A stretch of 64,000 nt of DNA, from contig JAHLWR010000010.1 of the NCBI GenBank assembly GCA_019057815.1, positions 73,732 to 137,731 of the forward strand, in the 5' to 3' direction. Every line of letters begins with the position of its first letter. The stretch's first letter is position 1. Shown piece after piece: positions 1-10,639 of the stretch. Position numbers and translations under genes: made by a program. The notes below the pieces were generated by a model. That model saw nothing but the letters and a program-made list of their open reading frames with translations. It ran no database searches and was not told where the DNA came from. This stretch comes from Candidatus Heimdallarchaeota archaeon. Its GTDB lineage: Archaea > Asgardarchaeota > Heimdallarchaeia > Heimdallarchaeales > Heimdallarchaeaceae.

Positions 1-1203
1 AATATTTTTCACTTCATGTTTGAGTTTTTTGTAACCTTCTCCTCTTTCTTTATTTTCGCTTGTCTGCCAATTATCTTTATAATCATAAGGAAGTAAAGTT
101 GCAACAACAACTGAATAGTCTATCTGTTTTTCAGGTTTAGGGGGGACTATTACAATAATTGGACTGTTTTCAGGTGTAAGATTGTTCTCAGGGATATCCA
201 TTGTTTCTTGATCAAGAATCACATAGTTGTTGATATTTTCAAAATCATATGATTGATCAATACTCAAGAAGATAAAGAAAGCAGAAATGAAAATATTTTG
301 TTTCTCGATTTTTTTTCTTATGGTATCTAAACCTCTTACTCCTTTAGTCAATTTATCTAGAGTATGATGAATTGGAGCATTGGAGACAATTATATCTGCA
401 GAAAATAGTGTACCATCAGAACATAGCACACCTTTTACTTTATTGCTTTCTATAATAATCTCTTGGACTTCAGAATTGAACTTTATCTCTCCCCCATGTT
501 TTTCTATAGCTCTTACTAAAGCATTAGGTATGCTTTGCATTCCTCCTTCTGGATAGTAATTTCTATCTTCAACCATTTCAACCCAGCCATAAGCATGAGC
601 CCAGAAGATTAAACTTTGAATTGGATAATAACCCCATAAAATACTTTGAACATCTGAATCAGAGACAATGCTTTTTAGAATTTTGACTCCGTTTTTTAGC
701 ATAAATTTTGTTAGAGTTGGTCTTTTGATAATACTTCCAAAACCAAATTTCAGTTTTTCAAATAACTTCATCTCATATGGTGCTTTTGGAGGTCCGCTTG
801 CTCTACTCTGTTCATACATTTTTCTCGAAATGTCAAAAAAAGTTGTTATATCAGGAGCTGACATTGGAAAGAATTCTTTTAGTTCTTTTTCTGCATCCAG
901 ACCATTAAAACTATATTTTTTATCCCCTATATAATAAACAAATTTGTAATGTAGTTTTTCTGAGTTAACATGTTCTCCAAGATAATTCAAGAATTGATTG
1001 ATTGTCTGATCGTCTCCCATCTCAAATAAATGAAAAATAGATGCATCAAATCTACAATTCTTCCTCGTAAAAGAGGTGACATAACCTCCAGGTACTGAAT
1101 GTTTCTCTAAAATCAAAACCTTTTTGCCTTCTTTAGATAGAAAAGCACCAGTAGATAATCCTCCTATTCCACCCCCTACTACAATTACATTGTAATCAGA
1201 CAT
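1..1203 (-). CDS. FAD/NAD(P)-binding oxidoreductase (phytoene desaturase/amine oxidase-like); 3' end runs off window
   Basis: Manual minus-strand translation starts MSDYNVIVVGGGIGGLSTGAFLSKEGKKVLILEK. This is a Rossmann GxGxxG dinucleotide-binding motif followed by an open frame to position 1. Not in ORF track because truncated. Confidence 0.6.
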   Translation of the reverse strand, partial: MSDYNVIVVGGGIGGLSTGAFLSKEGKKVLILEKHSVPGGYVTSFTRKNCRFDASIFHLFEMGDDQTINQFLNYLGEHVNSEKLHYKFVYYIGDKKYSFNGLDAEKELKEFFPMSAPDITTFFDISRKMYEQSRASGPPKAPYEMKLFEKLKFGFGSIIKRPTLTKFMLKNGVKILKSIVSDSDVQSILWGYYPIQSLIFWAHAYGWVEMVEDRNYYPEGGMQSIPNALVRAIEKHGGEIKFNSEVQEIIIESNKVKGVLCSDGTLFSADIIVSNAPIHHTLDKLTKGVRGLDTIRKKIEKQNIFISAFFIFLSIDQSYDFENINNYVILDQETMDIPENNLTPENSPIIVIVPPKPEKQIDYSVVVATLLPYDYKDNWQTSENKERGEGYKKLKHEVKNI

Positions 1204-1531
1204 AGTTTTTTCAAACTAAATAATGAAATAAAGTATATAAGTACTATTAAATAAATCAGATTTTCACAAGTGTAAATTCTCTAGTATAAGTAGTGGTTAG
1301 TTTTGTCGAATGTTTTGTTCGACTATATAATTATTAGAGGAATGAAAAGAGGAAAATCAATACTAGAGGAAGAGAAAGTTGTATTTCTATTAGAAAATAG
1401 TATAAGAATAGAATAATCGACTGTGAAAGTTTCTCCTCGAAAGCAAAATATAGAACTAAAATTTCAACCTTCTAAACTCGTTTTTATTGCAGAAGTCGTC
1501 TATAAGAAACGACCATCTTTAAAGAAGTCGT

Positions 1532-1708
1532 CTAAAAGATACTACTTGGTAATAATAAGTCACCTTGCAGCAACGACCTGAATGTGGAATAAGTCCTTTC
1601 TTGATCATCAGCATTAATTAAATTAACTACAATATGCTCGTGGAATAATGTCACTCCCAAGTCTTCTTGTTTAACAAGTCCGAGAACTGTGTTTATCAAA
1701 ATAATCAT
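1532..1708 (-). pseudogene. N-terminal remnant of phosphotriesterase-family (PTER-like) gene
   Basis: Minus-strand translation MIILINTVLGLVKQEDLGVTLFHEHIVVNLINADDQERTY... then stop. The G-TL-HEH motif is typical of the PTE/PTER N-terminus. Only ~58 codons remain. Confidence 0.3.
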
Positions 1709-1794
1709 ATCCTTCCGATTTATATTTAGGAACTATTTCAAGCCCTTATAACTATTTTGAGAAATCGCTGAAAAAAGATAAAATCAAAATTGAG

Positions 1795-2350
1795 CAGTTG
1801 TATGTTTGATTTTAATATTTTTCATAATGAACTTGGGTATCTAGTTCTTTTCTCGTTTTTGTTGGTTCTTCATCAGGATATCCAGTAGCAACTAATCCTA
1901 GAATATTTAGATGTTCAGGAACTCCAAGCAAATCTTTTATCTCTGGCTCAATTGATGAATCTATAACTCCAGCCCAACATGTACCTAATCCTAGACTATG
2001 TGCTTCTATCATATATTGTAATGTCGCTAAAGCTGAATCAGACATATGATACTTAGCATGTACCTCTGGGTTTGTTAGAGGAACGAAAACCACTGGACTT
2101 TCTGCTACAAATCTAGCATAAGGGTGAATTTCTGAAAGTTTCCTTCGAACCTGTTTGTCAGTTACAATAAGAAACTCCCAAGGTTGTTTGTTCGACGCTG
2201 AAGGAGCCCATCTAGCAGCTTCTAAGCATTTCTCTATTTTTTCTTCTTCAACTGGTAGATCTTTATATTTTCGTATACTTCTACGGGTTTTTAGTAGATT
2301 TAAAATGTCATTCATTTTTTTCTCCTTCTAAAAGATGAGTCTTATTTATT
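1795..2350. repeat. ~560-bp direct repeat copy A (nitroreductase gene plus both flanks), partner at 7305-7885
   Basis: The flanks tgtttgattttaatattt(t/c)tcataatgaac and tttttttctcc(t/a)tctaaaagatgagtcttatt are conserved at both loci. Confidence 0.8.
1812..2315 (-). CDS. nitroreductase family protein (copy 1)
   Basis: 167-aa ORF. SIRKY motif and the overall pattern are typical of NADH-oxidase/nitroreductase fold proteins. Near-identical paralog at 7327-7842. Confidence 0.8.
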   Translation of the reverse strand: MNDILNLLKTRRSIRKYKDLPVEEEKIEKCLEAARWAPSASNKQPWEFLIVTDKQVRRKLSEIHPYARFVAESPVVFVPLTNPEVHAKYHMSDSALATLQYMIEAHSLGLGTCWAGVIDSSIEPEIKDLLGVPEHLNILGLVATGYPDEEPTKTRKELDTQVHYEKY

Positions 2351-2531
2351 AAAAATGTATTTCCTGAAAGACTACCTGAAATTAAGTATTTATCTATTTC
2401 TCATTATGGAATTGGAGTTATCACGTCCATAGCTGACATACTTTTCTTCACAGTTTGAGATATCGAAGATGAGAAAAAAGGATAAAAAAGTTAGGATGAA
2501 AATATTAGATCATAGTAGAATCATATTTTGG

Positions 2532-3044
2532 CTATTTCTCAATTACTTTTAATACTTTTAAGTAAACACTCTTTACTCCATTGTTTTGCTCTTTTTCTAT
2601 AAGTTTCTCGAATTTCTCCACAAGTTCTTCCTGCAGTCTTTTATTATTCTTAGCTATTCCTGCAAGTCCAAATGCTGCACACCATCTAACGACTGTGCTT
2701 TTATGATTTGTATTTTCTAAAAGTTTTGGAACTGCTCTACTTGCCTTTTCTGGGTATTTCTCGGCTATGTATCCTATTGATTCTGGTATTCCCCATTTCA
2801 CTTTGTTTGCTTTGTAATCTATATAACCTATTAGCATGTCAATATAGGGTAAGAACAATTCAGGATTTGATTGAGAAACGAATTTCATTACTTCTGCACA
2901 AGTTCCTTTGATGACATCTGAACCTTCTTGGAATAATTTTATTAAATCCGCAAAGAGTTTTCCATCTTTCTCTATTTCTGAAACCATCTTACTAACTTTC
3001 TCTTTTGGTTTTAGATCAGATTGAAATATTAGTTGAAATACCAT
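2532..3044 (-). CDS. HEAT/armadillo-repeat protein (DNA alkylation repair AlkD-like fold possible)
   Basis: 170-aa helical repeat ORF with K/E-rich amphipathic repeats. Product assignment is tentative. Confidence 0.45.
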   Translation of the reverse strand: MVFQLIFQSDLKPKEKVSKMVSEIEKDGKLFADLIKLFQEGSDVIKGTCAEVMKFVSQSNPELFLPYIDMLIGYIDYKANKVKWGIPESIGYIAEKYPEKASRAVPKLLENTNHKSTVVRWCAAFGLAGIAKNNKRLQEELVEKFEKLIEKEQNNGVKSVYLKVLKVIEK

Positions 3045-3213
3045 ATATCAGAAAGTTGTTTTCAATATTTAAAATAATCACTCTAATTCAAACTTAAAAG
3101 AAGAAAGATAGAATCACGACTTGGAAAGGTAAAATTCGGAACTCGTAATCCCTTTTAATAGCTAGTTTTTACCCAAAAATGAGTTAACTCATAGCTTCAA
3201 TGATTAGAAGAAA

Positions 3214-4692
3214 GTGTTCATTAATTTTAGGTCTTTCGGACATATATTATATGAATATCTTTATAAACGTATAATTGGTACTTTATTCAGTGGTTCTATG
3301 TTTGATCCAACAACAGATTCGTTGAAACAGTTCATTAAATCAAGTTATATAGAAATAGCAGAATTAGTTAAAAGTACTGCACATAATAAGCGAATCCTGA
3401 TTCTAGCTTCATTACTTGATGGTAGAAAATCCTTCCCCGAGCTAAAAATAGAGACTAGTTTAAGTAAAACAGCATTAGCCAATCATCTGGCTTTGATGCT
3501 TAATTCCAATATCATTACAAGAATCGATCGGGGGTCGTATGAACTTACTAAAGATGGTAAAGAATTGCTATTCGATATTGCTAAGATTTACTATCAATCA
3601 GAGAACTATCAACTGAAACAAAGAGAACTGCTATCAAAACAATATCAAAGATTTAGAAATTTAGGTGATGTTATGACAAAACAAGAAAAACGCGTATCAA
3701 ATGTAGCTGTTTATCAACCTCATGGATTGTCTTATTCTTCTGCTATTAGTGGAATTCTTCAATCTGTGGGAGAAGAATGGGGTGTTGATGATGTTACTGC
3801 TTTCACAGGTTATGGCTTTCTTATCAACACAAGTAGAGACCAAATTTGCCCTTCAGGCCCCACTGCTCTAGCAGCAGCTTGGAAAACAATCCGAGACGCA
3901 ACTGAGAAACTTGGCTGGCAATTCAGATTCCACATCGATAATCAACCGTTTCCCAGTAGCACAGACTCATCTCAACCTCTGAGTAAGAATGATGAGAAAA
4001 GAGCAAAAGAATTCTTTGGAAAGGTAAAAGAAGCTATCGATAAATATGACCGTCCAGTTGTAATCTGGGGTATTCCTGTCCCTGAATACGGAATTGTTAA
4101 TGGGTATCAAGATGACTATTATCTTGTAAGCACGTTTAGAACTCTCTTGAACCAAGAAGAAACTCCAATAGCTTATAACAAGCTTCAAGCTCCTGGTTGT
4201 ATGGATCTTTTTATTCTCGAGAAGAAAACTCACCCACCAACAGACAAGGATTACAGGGATTCGATCGTCCGAGCTTTAAAGATGGCAAGGGGCGAAGGTG
4301 TTGCTGGGGGTGATTATGTAGCAGGACCAGAAGCTTATGATATTCTGCAAAAACAGTTGCTAGAAACTGAGGAAGAGAAGATCCAACCATTTGCTTTTGC
4401 GTACTTAGTCGACTGTTATTATTGTGCGAGAGAGAGTTCCTTCAACTACTTGAACAAACTTGCTGATAAATACAAGAAAGAAAACTTTGACAAGTATATT
4501 AAGAAAGCAGCAGATGTCTATGGTAGAATCACTGAACAATACAAAGAACTTCAGAAGATCTTTCCATTATTTGGAGCGCAAGATCTTTCCCTTGAAAGCA
4601 GGAAGAAATATGCAAGTATCTTAAGCCAGATAAAAGATTCAGAAGAACAAGCTATAGTAAGTTTAGAGAGAATTGTTGAGAATTGGAAGTAA
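3214..4692 (+). CDS. winged-helix (ArsR-like) N-terminal domain fused to large C-terminal domain of unknown function
   Basis: ILILASLLDGRKSFPELKIETSLSKTALANHLALMLNSNIITRIDRGSYELTKDG is a wHTH. The true start may be the internal Met (MFDPTTD, about 3298). Confidence 0.5.
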   Translation: MFINFRSFGHILYEYLYKRIIGTLFSGSMFDPTTDSLKQFIKSSYIEIAELVKSTAHNKRILILASLLDGRKSFPELKIETSLSKTALANHLALMLNSNIITRIDRGSYELTKDGKELLFDIAKIYYQSENYQLKQRELLSKQYQRFRNLGDVMTKQEKRVSNVAVYQPHGLSYSSAISGILQSVGEEWGVDDVTAFTGYGFLINTSRDQICPSGPTALAAAWKTIRDATEKLGWQFRFHIDNQPFPSSTDSSQPLSKNDEKRAKEFFGKVKEAIDKYDRPVVIWGIPVPEYGIVNGYQDDYYLVSTFRTLLNQEETPIAYNKLQAPGCMDLFILEKKTHPPTDKDYRDSIVRALKMARGEGVAGGDYVAGPEAYDILQKQLLETEEEKIQPFAFAYLVDCYYCARESSFNYLNKLADKYKKENFDKYIKKAADVYGRITEQYKELQKIFPLFGAQDLSLESRKKYASILSQIKDSEEQAIVSLERIVENWK

Positions 4693-4823
4693 TTCATCCC
4701 AGAAGAGAATCCTACCCCAATTCTCATATTACTTTTTTTTTGATGTTTATTTAGATTTCTAAAGATTATTATTAAGTTAATTAGAGACATCAATTGTTTC
4801 TTCGAAGAAAATAGAAAGTTGAT

Positions 4824-5771
4824 TCACTTCTCTTTTCTTTTCAATAGTTTCTTAAATCGAAAAACAATTCCTTTAAGATTCAAGTAGTTGTATTCATAGA
4901 ATAGAACCATAAGCCATATTAATCCAATACCATTAATAGAAAGAAAAATTAATGGAAAGTTTCTTATTAAGGTAGCATTTGATAAGTTTAGAGGGAGAAA
5001 GATAAGAAATATGGACTCTAGAGCAAAAAGTAAAGCAGTATTCAACGAAAATAAAGCGCAGAAATGATATTGCTTTGTGTATAACATACGAATAAGTATT
5101 GCTACTATTAAAAAGCAACCAGCGAATATGAAACCTCTTGTGGCTGATTGAATATAATTGAAGTCAGGGTTTACTTTTAAAGAATCAAAAGTTTTATAAA
5201 AAATACCTTTTGAAATTCTTGAAAAGGACAATACTATAGGTAAAATAACTATAATTGTTATATAAAATACAAAAACAGCTAGTGGATGTTGATAAAATTT
5301 AGCTTTTTTCTCTTTAAGAGGAACTTTCGATAATTTCAGTATCAGAAATAGAACAAGGACAATTATTATGCAAAAGCTTATCAAATTCATAAATCCAGCT
5401 ACATTACTAACTAAGAAAACATCTGATTTTAAATGATTTAACTCAACTATAAAGCAAATTGATTGAAGAATAGGATATAAACTCATTAATTTCCATCTTC
5501 TGTGAAGGGACACAAACAGAAAGAAGGAAATTAAAAGCAAAATTACAAAGAAAAAACCTGTTAAGAACATATTTAAAGAGTAGTTATAGTCTTTATTAAA
5601 CCAAATAACTGGAAGTATTCCAATATTTGCGGACCACAAATAAGAAGTAGTAACAAGAGTGTTTGTAAAAGGTAAAATTACTAATGAGAGAAATAATGAA
5701 ACTATTATCAATATTTCTTGAATATTCTTTTTCATACAACGATTATATTCTAAGTTCTTCAATAAACTCAC
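4824..5771 (-). CDS. polytopic membrane protein, unknown function
   Basis: 315 aa with at least 8 hydrophobic helices. Confidence 0.5.
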   Translation of the reverse strand: MSLLKNLEYNRCMKKNIQEILIIVSLFLSLVILPFTNTLVTTSYLWSANIGILPVIWFNKDYNYSLNMFLTGFFFVILLLISFFLFVSLHRRWKLMSLYPILQSICFIVELNHLKSDVFLVSNVAGFMNLISFCIIIVLVLFLILKLSKVPLKEKKAKFYQHPLAVFVFYITIIVILPIVLSFSRISKGIFYKTFDSLKVNPDFNYIQSATRGFIFAGCFLIVAILIRMLYTKQYHFCALFSLNTALLFALESIFLIFLPLNLSNATLIRNFPLIFLSINGIGLIWLMVLFYEYNYLNLKGIVFRFKKLLKRKEK

Positions 5772-6374
5772 ATTTCAATTGTAACAGCTTTTAAAAATTT
5801 AGCTCAATGAATGAGTCTTTTGATCTATTTCTCTTTGAGAGTTAGTTAATATTTCTTTAGTAATAGATTATCTAGACCCCAGAAGTTATGGTAGTGTGCT
5901 GTTACTGTTGCTATTGAAGTTATGATTTACGTTCTGTAATGCTGACTTTCGACGCTATAAATCTGAGTATACTTATACAGATTCTGAAAAACCAACTGAA
6001 AATGTTGATACATATGAATGACAACATAGTTTTTCAGCTATTTCAAACTCGCTTATCAATGCTGGGTCAATTATATTAAACGTAAAAGAGTATCCATTTA
6101 CATGCTACAAACGGCTTCCTTTTGTTGTTAAATGCGGGGACGGGTATTGGAGAATGAAAGATAGTAAATATGAGATTCCTCTCATATTTAGCATAAAAGC
6201 TGAAAAAAAATAAGATTAAAATTAAGTAAAAAGAATAGAGAATAGAATAATCTCTATTCTTGAAAAATCATAGAGTTCTTTAGCTGTTTTTCTATCTTGA
6301 CTTTGACAGGATTCATCATGGATTTTAACAGTTAAGAGCGAATTAATTATATAAGATAATCAAAATAGCTTTAA

Positions 6375-7208
6375 TTGATGTTAGACTCTGTAGCTCTGGT
6401 GAAATATGAGAACAACATTGAAAAAGCTCTCGAAAAAGGTATTGGACTTATTAATGGTTTTAAAAGTCTTAAATCACCAGTAATAATAAAGCCTAATATT
6501 TGTACACAAGTAGATAAGACTGGTTTTGCAGTGAATGATGTTCTAGTAGTCCAAGCTTTGATAGAATTGATTCTTAAAGAAAACCAAAATCTTTCCATTA
6601 AAATCGTGGAATCAGACAGTATGAGTAAATTTGCTGACGAAGCTTTTGATAAATTTGGTTATAAGGATTTAGAAGAAAGAATACAAGAGTCTGGTTTTGA
6701 TGTTTCATTAATAAATCTAAGCCATTCCACAACAGTTGAGACTAATTTCGAAGGAAGTTATTTTAAGAAACCTAAGCTTCCCAAGATACTTATTGGTTCT
6801 AAATTTTTCATTTCTCTTGCTGTGGCAAAAACACACTATTTGACGTTTTTCACTGGGACATTAAAGAATCTTTTTGGACTTCTACCAAGAAAGGATCAAT
6901 CGTTCTATCATCCAAACATTAATGACGTCATTGTTGACTTAAACAGATTTATTCGACCTAATCTCTGCATTGTTGACGCTAGAGTGGGTCTTGAAGGTTG
7001 GGAAGGACCAAAATCAAGAAGTTTAAACAGGTTTGTTATAGGTACTAAACCAGTGTCAACAGATGCCACTATGGCTAGAATTATGGGATTTGAACCAGAA
7101 AGAGCAAATCATTTGGTGGAAGCAGCAAATTATGACCTTGGTTCTTTAACACCTAAAATTGTTGGAGAGAAAATTGAAACTTCAAAAATACAATTCAACC
7201 CTCCCTGA
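6375..7208 (+). CDS. DUF362-family protein
   Basis: 277 aa. The IIKPNICTQ ... AKTHYLT ... pattern resembles the DUF362 family. Confidence 0.55.
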   Translation: MMLDSVALVKYENNIEKALEKGIGLINGFKSLKSPVIIKPNICTQVDKTGFAVNDVLVVQALIELILKENQNLSIKIVESDSMSKFADEAFDKFGYKDLEERIQESGFDVSLINLSHSTTVETNFEGSYFKKPKLPKILIGSKFFISLAVAKTHYLTFFTGTLKNLFGLLPRKDQSFYHPNINDVIVDLNRFIRPNLCIVDARVGLEGWEGPKSRSLNRFVIGTKPVSTDATMARIMGFEPERANHLVEAANYDLGSLTPKIVGEKIETSKIQFNPP

Positions 7209-7304
7209 TTATTTTTTCATCATCTGTTTATTCCATTATATCAGTAGCTGGAATTAGATAGTAAGAAAGAAAAAACGAAGTTTAACATATCTTGAAATGT
7301 AGAT

Positions 7305-7885
7305 CCACTTTTACGTATGTTTGATTTTAATATTTCTCATAATGAACTAGGGTATCTAGTTCTTTTCTCGTTTTTGTTGGTTCTTCATCAGAATATCCAG
7401 TAGCAACTAATCCTAGAATATTTAGATGGTCAGGAACTCCAAGCAAATCTTTTATCTCTGGCTCAATTGATGAATCTATAACTCCAGCCCAACATGTACC
7501 TAATCCTAGACTATGTGCTTCTATCATAAATTGTATTGTCGCCAAAGCTGAATCTGACATATGATACTTAGCATGTACCTCTGGGTTTGTTAGAGTAACG
7601 AAAACCACTGGACTTTCAGCAACAAATCTAGCATAGGGGTGAATTTCTGAAAGTTTCTTTCGAACCTGTTTGTCTGTTACAATAAGAAATTCCCAAGGTT
7701 GTTTGTTTGATGCAGAAGGAGCCCATCTAGCAGCTTCTAAACATTTCTCTATCTTTTCTTCTTCTACTTTTTGATCTTTATATTTTCGGATACTCCTACG
7801 GGTTTTTAATAGATTTAAAGCGTCATTCATTTTTTTCTCCATCTAAAAGATGAGTCTTATTTTAAAAATGTATTTCATAATTCTA
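7305..7885. repeat. ~560-bp direct repeat copy B
   Basis: See 1795-2350. Confidence 0.8.
7327..7842 (-). CDS. nitroreductase family protein (copy 2)
   Basis: About 95% identical to 1812-2315. The likely start is the second Met (MNDALNLL). Confidence 0.8.
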   Translation of the reverse strand: MEKKMNDALNLLKTRRSIRKYKDQKVEEEKIEKCLEAARWAPSASNKQPWEFLIVTDKQVRKKLSEIHPYARFVAESPVVFVTLTNPEVHAKYHMSDSALATIQFMIEAHSLGLGTCWAGVIDSSIEPEIKDLLGVPDHLNILGLVATGYSDEEPTKTRKELDTLVHYEKY

Positions 7886-8090
7886 TGTTTTTACTTACTT
7901 TGTGAGTTGTAAATAAATAGGAAAAAAAAGTAATGAAAAACAAAGAAGCTCTTCTTTAATGACTTCTTAAATGATCCTTGATCTTCTAGCCATTATAGCA
8001 CCTTCACCAATTGCACATCTCGCTACTCTCAAGTATTGATTTGGAGGATACACCAAAGAAAGATCTGATAACTTGAATCATTTCTTCTTC

Positions 8091-8273
8091 TCATAATTCT
8101 GAAGCTGGTTTTCCTTCCTTACCCCATCGATTTTTCGGGATATCATGAATAATTATATTGACAGTTTGAGGTTTAGAACCTTGTTTCACGAAAACATCAG
8201 TTATTCCTGCAATTATTTCCTTAATTTGCTCATCTGTTCTTCCTTCCCAAAGATATACTTGTATTGTTGGCAT
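8091..8273 (-). CDS. 4-oxalocrotonate tautomerase family protein
   Basis: 60 aa. MPTIQVYLWEGRTDEQIKEIIAGITDVF shows the Pro1 start and the beta-alpha-beta pattern of 4-OT tautomerases. Confidence 0.7.
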   Translation of the reverse strand: MPTIQVYLWEGRTDEQIKEIIAGITDVFVKQGSKPQTVNIIIHDIPKNRWGKEGKPASEL

Positions 8274-8325
8274 TTTTTCACCTCTGATAGTTGGTTGATT
8301 TAATTACACTAAATTATCTTTCATA

Positions 8326-9108
8326 TTAATTTTTTCTAGCTAAGATGAATAATATAGAGGCATCAGTAACCCCGTTTTTCTTTAAATCTTGCTCTAGCTT
8401 ATTTGCTTCCTTTTCTAGTTGTTCATATTCTGGGTAATCTCTTATCTTTTCCAATGAAGAACTTAAATCATCTATCTCTATATCTATCATCACTTCATAC
8501 ATTGGATTGTCACACTGTTCTTTTTCCTCACAGAATAAGCATTTAGGATATCTTGTGGAATCAAATATTTCTAGTTCCTCTGTCTTCAGAATGCTCATCA
8601 TTTTCTTTATTTCCTCTTTTGTGTAAGTAACTCTATGATATTCGCCTAACAAAGAATCTATTTTCGCTCCAAAGTGATGAGCTTGTGAAGAAGCTAGTTG
8701 TGCATCTGTCTGTGTAAGATCTGAATACATTTCTTGAATGATCAGATAACCTTGAGGTTTAACTACTCTGAACATCTCTTTCAGTACTTTTTCTGGTCTT
8801 TCCAGATGGTGAAGAGAACTAGCAATACTTACTATATTAAAAGTATTATCTGGAAATTCCATCTTTTCAGCATTCATTTTCTTGAATTCTGCAATTTTTT
8901 CGTACTCTTTCTCTGCTTTTTTTAACTCTTTTTCATTAAGATCAATCCCTACAAAAGAGTCAGAATTTTTCAATATCTGTTTGAGAAGACCTATGAATTC
9001 TCCATGTCCTGTCCCAACATCTAAAATTTCCTCTCCTGAAAGTTCTTTCAGTCTGTTTACTATTTTATCTGCACCAGAAGTAGCTAGAACAGTTGAGCGT
9101 ACATCCAT
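8326..9108 (-). CDS. class I SAM-dependent methyltransferase with Cys-containing C-terminal extension
   Basis: ILDVGTGHGEF is SAM-binding motif I. The C-terminus carries CLFCEEKEQCD. Confidence 0.8.
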   Translation of the reverse strand: MDVRSTVLATSGADKIVNRLKELSGEEILDVGTGHGEFIGLLKQILKNSDSFVGIDLNEKELKKAEKEYEKIAEFKKMNAEKMEFPDNTFNIVSIASSLHHLERPEKVLKEMFRVVKPQGYLIIQEMYSDLTQTDAQLASSQAHHFGAKIDSLLGEYHRVTYTKEEIKKMMSILKTEELEIFDSTRYPKCLFCEEKEQCDNPMYEVMIDIEIDDLSSSLEKIRDYPEYEQLEKEANKLEQDLKKNGVTDASILFILARKN

Positions 9109-9483
9109 AGCATTTCAAGAGATTAAGCATTTAATAATGATTTGATTTTTAAGCCAATTTTAGTTTCTCTGCAAAGTGAAAATCTCTGTAGAATTCTTTA
9201 TCTTAATTCTTTCTGCATAGATTCTTTCTACTTCTATTTATAAATCTGAAGTTGATAATAATCTTCTGTATATTCCATATGATAAAAAAATCTGTATTTG
9301 GTCATTATCTTAATTAGTTCCTTTCTTATCAGCCGTTCAAAGAAAACATGATGAATCCTCAGATTGGTTAGCTTATGTAGATTATATCTAATGCCCTGAT
9401 TCTTCTGTAGAGGTTCTATGGGAAATAGAAAAGACACTAATGGAAAAGAAGTAGAGATTTATGGAATTTTGGAAAAAACTCCA

Positions 9484-10359
9484 CTATTTGATCCCGTTTT
9501 CTATTTCTGCAATTATTCCTTTTAGTTCCCGTTCATCCTCTGGTTTAATAATTGGATTTTCAATATCGGATTTTGCTTTTAAAAAATATTTTTTAGCTTC
9601 TTTTTCTTTTCCTTCTTTCTTCAGATTTTTAGCTATATTCACTAATCCCCATCTATACATCAATGCATGAGCATCAGTAAAACCAGTAAAATCTACATCA
9701 AGCTCTTTGAAACGTTTGATATAGTCTATTGTTTCATCAATGAATTTGGTGTCTTCTAATACCTTTTCATGACCAAGAATCATTTTGTTGAATTCTATCT
9801 TCTTAAAACTCTCCAAAGTTTCAATAAATTTATCCAAATTTGGCCAGTTTATTGATGGAAGTGGATGTACTAGAATATCACCTATGAGTAGTATCTTATC
9901 TATACTGTCATAACAGCTAGCTGAATCCTTTGTATGACCAGGAGAGTAAAAGAATTCAACTCCTTCATCAACGAAAGCTAATCTCTCCTTAAAAGTTAAA
10001 TTTGGAAAAACTATTTTTTCTATAACTGACTTATATGCATCATATTGCTTAAGAAGATCAACAGTATCTTGGAATACTTCAAAACTAAAATGATGAGCAA
10101 TAATGAATTTTGACTCTATTATCTCATTACCACCCATATGATCATAATGACCATGAGTATTGAAGATAATCACTGGTTTTGTTAGAAGGTTGTTCTCTTC
10201 TAGATATTTCTTCACATCTTCCATTTGATTTTCCAATACAACTCCTGTATCTATTATGAAAAGATAGTTTGGACTATTTATACAATAAACTTGAACAGAG
10301 AAAGGTTTGCTAGGAAGATTAAACAATATTCCTCTAGAACCTATTTTATTAGTTTCCAT
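9484..10359 (-). CDS. MBL-fold metallo-hydrolase with C-terminal TPR-like tail
   Basis: IIFNTHGHYDHMGGN is the HxHxDH motif. Confidence 0.8.
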   Translation of the reverse strand: METNKIGSRGILFNLPSKPFSVQVYCINSPNYLFIIDTGVVLENQMEDVKKYLEENNLLTKPVIIFNTHGHYDHMGGNEIIESKFIIAHHFSFEVFQDTVDLLKQYDAYKSVIEKIVFPNLTFKERLAFVDEGVEFFYSPGHTKDSASCYDSIDKILLIGDILVHPLPSINWPNLDKFIETLESFKKIEFNKMILGHEKVLEDTKFIDETIDYIKRFKELDVDFTGFTDAHALMYRWGLVNIAKNLKKEGKEKEAKKYFLKAKSDIENPIIKPEDERELKGIIAEIENGIK

Positions 10360-10639
10360 AACCTAACAGCTTATTACACACTTATATTATTTACATAAAA
10401 ATGTCCATGTTTACCTTTCCCCACAAGTGACACATTTGTAAGGAACTGCTAACTGCTTCTCTACAGGATCTAAATTGATGGACAAGATTCTTTAAACTTT
10501 GTATGAGTTTTACATTCATAGGTTTGTTGACGGCACTTTGACCCTAAAATTTTGCGATAATTCGGAAATACTATTAGTAACAGAAAAAAGATATAAGTTT
10601 CTCTACTCGACCAATCTTACTCATATTTTGAGTTGAGAA

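Noticed and set aside
668-934. 88-aa plus-strand ORF
   Set aside because: Antisense to the FAD-oxidoreductase gene that runs off the window start. Spurious.
2708-2911. Short ORFs antisense to or overlapping larger genes (2708-2911, 3967-4233, 4551-4793, 4933-5118, 6371-6598, 8734-9145, 9234-9670, 10906-11268, 14573-14797, 16922-17143, 19573-19851, 21844-22050, 27782-27970, 29131-29325, 30213-30650, 31415-31684, 32423-33082, 34017-34281, 37636-38078, 41288-41554, 42568-42756, 43147-43754, 44832-45044, 46628-46837, 48117-48523, 51939-52532, 53161-53361, 53782-54354, 55469-55795, 56630-57157, 57379-58002, 60016-60234, 61029-61214, 62655-63059)
   Set aside because: All lie inside or opposite well-supported longer CDSs. 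They are compositionally odd (Leu/Ser/Phe-rich from AT-rich antisense) and lack motifs. Treated as spurious.
5772-6374. 600-bp intergenic gap examined for tRNA/ncRNA
   Set aside because: No cloverleaf-compatible GC-rich segment, conserved tRNA boxes or repeats found. Likely a promoter/leader region only.
8000-8080. 26-codon minus-strand ORF MIQVIRSFF... below the tautomerase gene
   Set aside because: Too short, and no similarity beyond a chance MIQV start.
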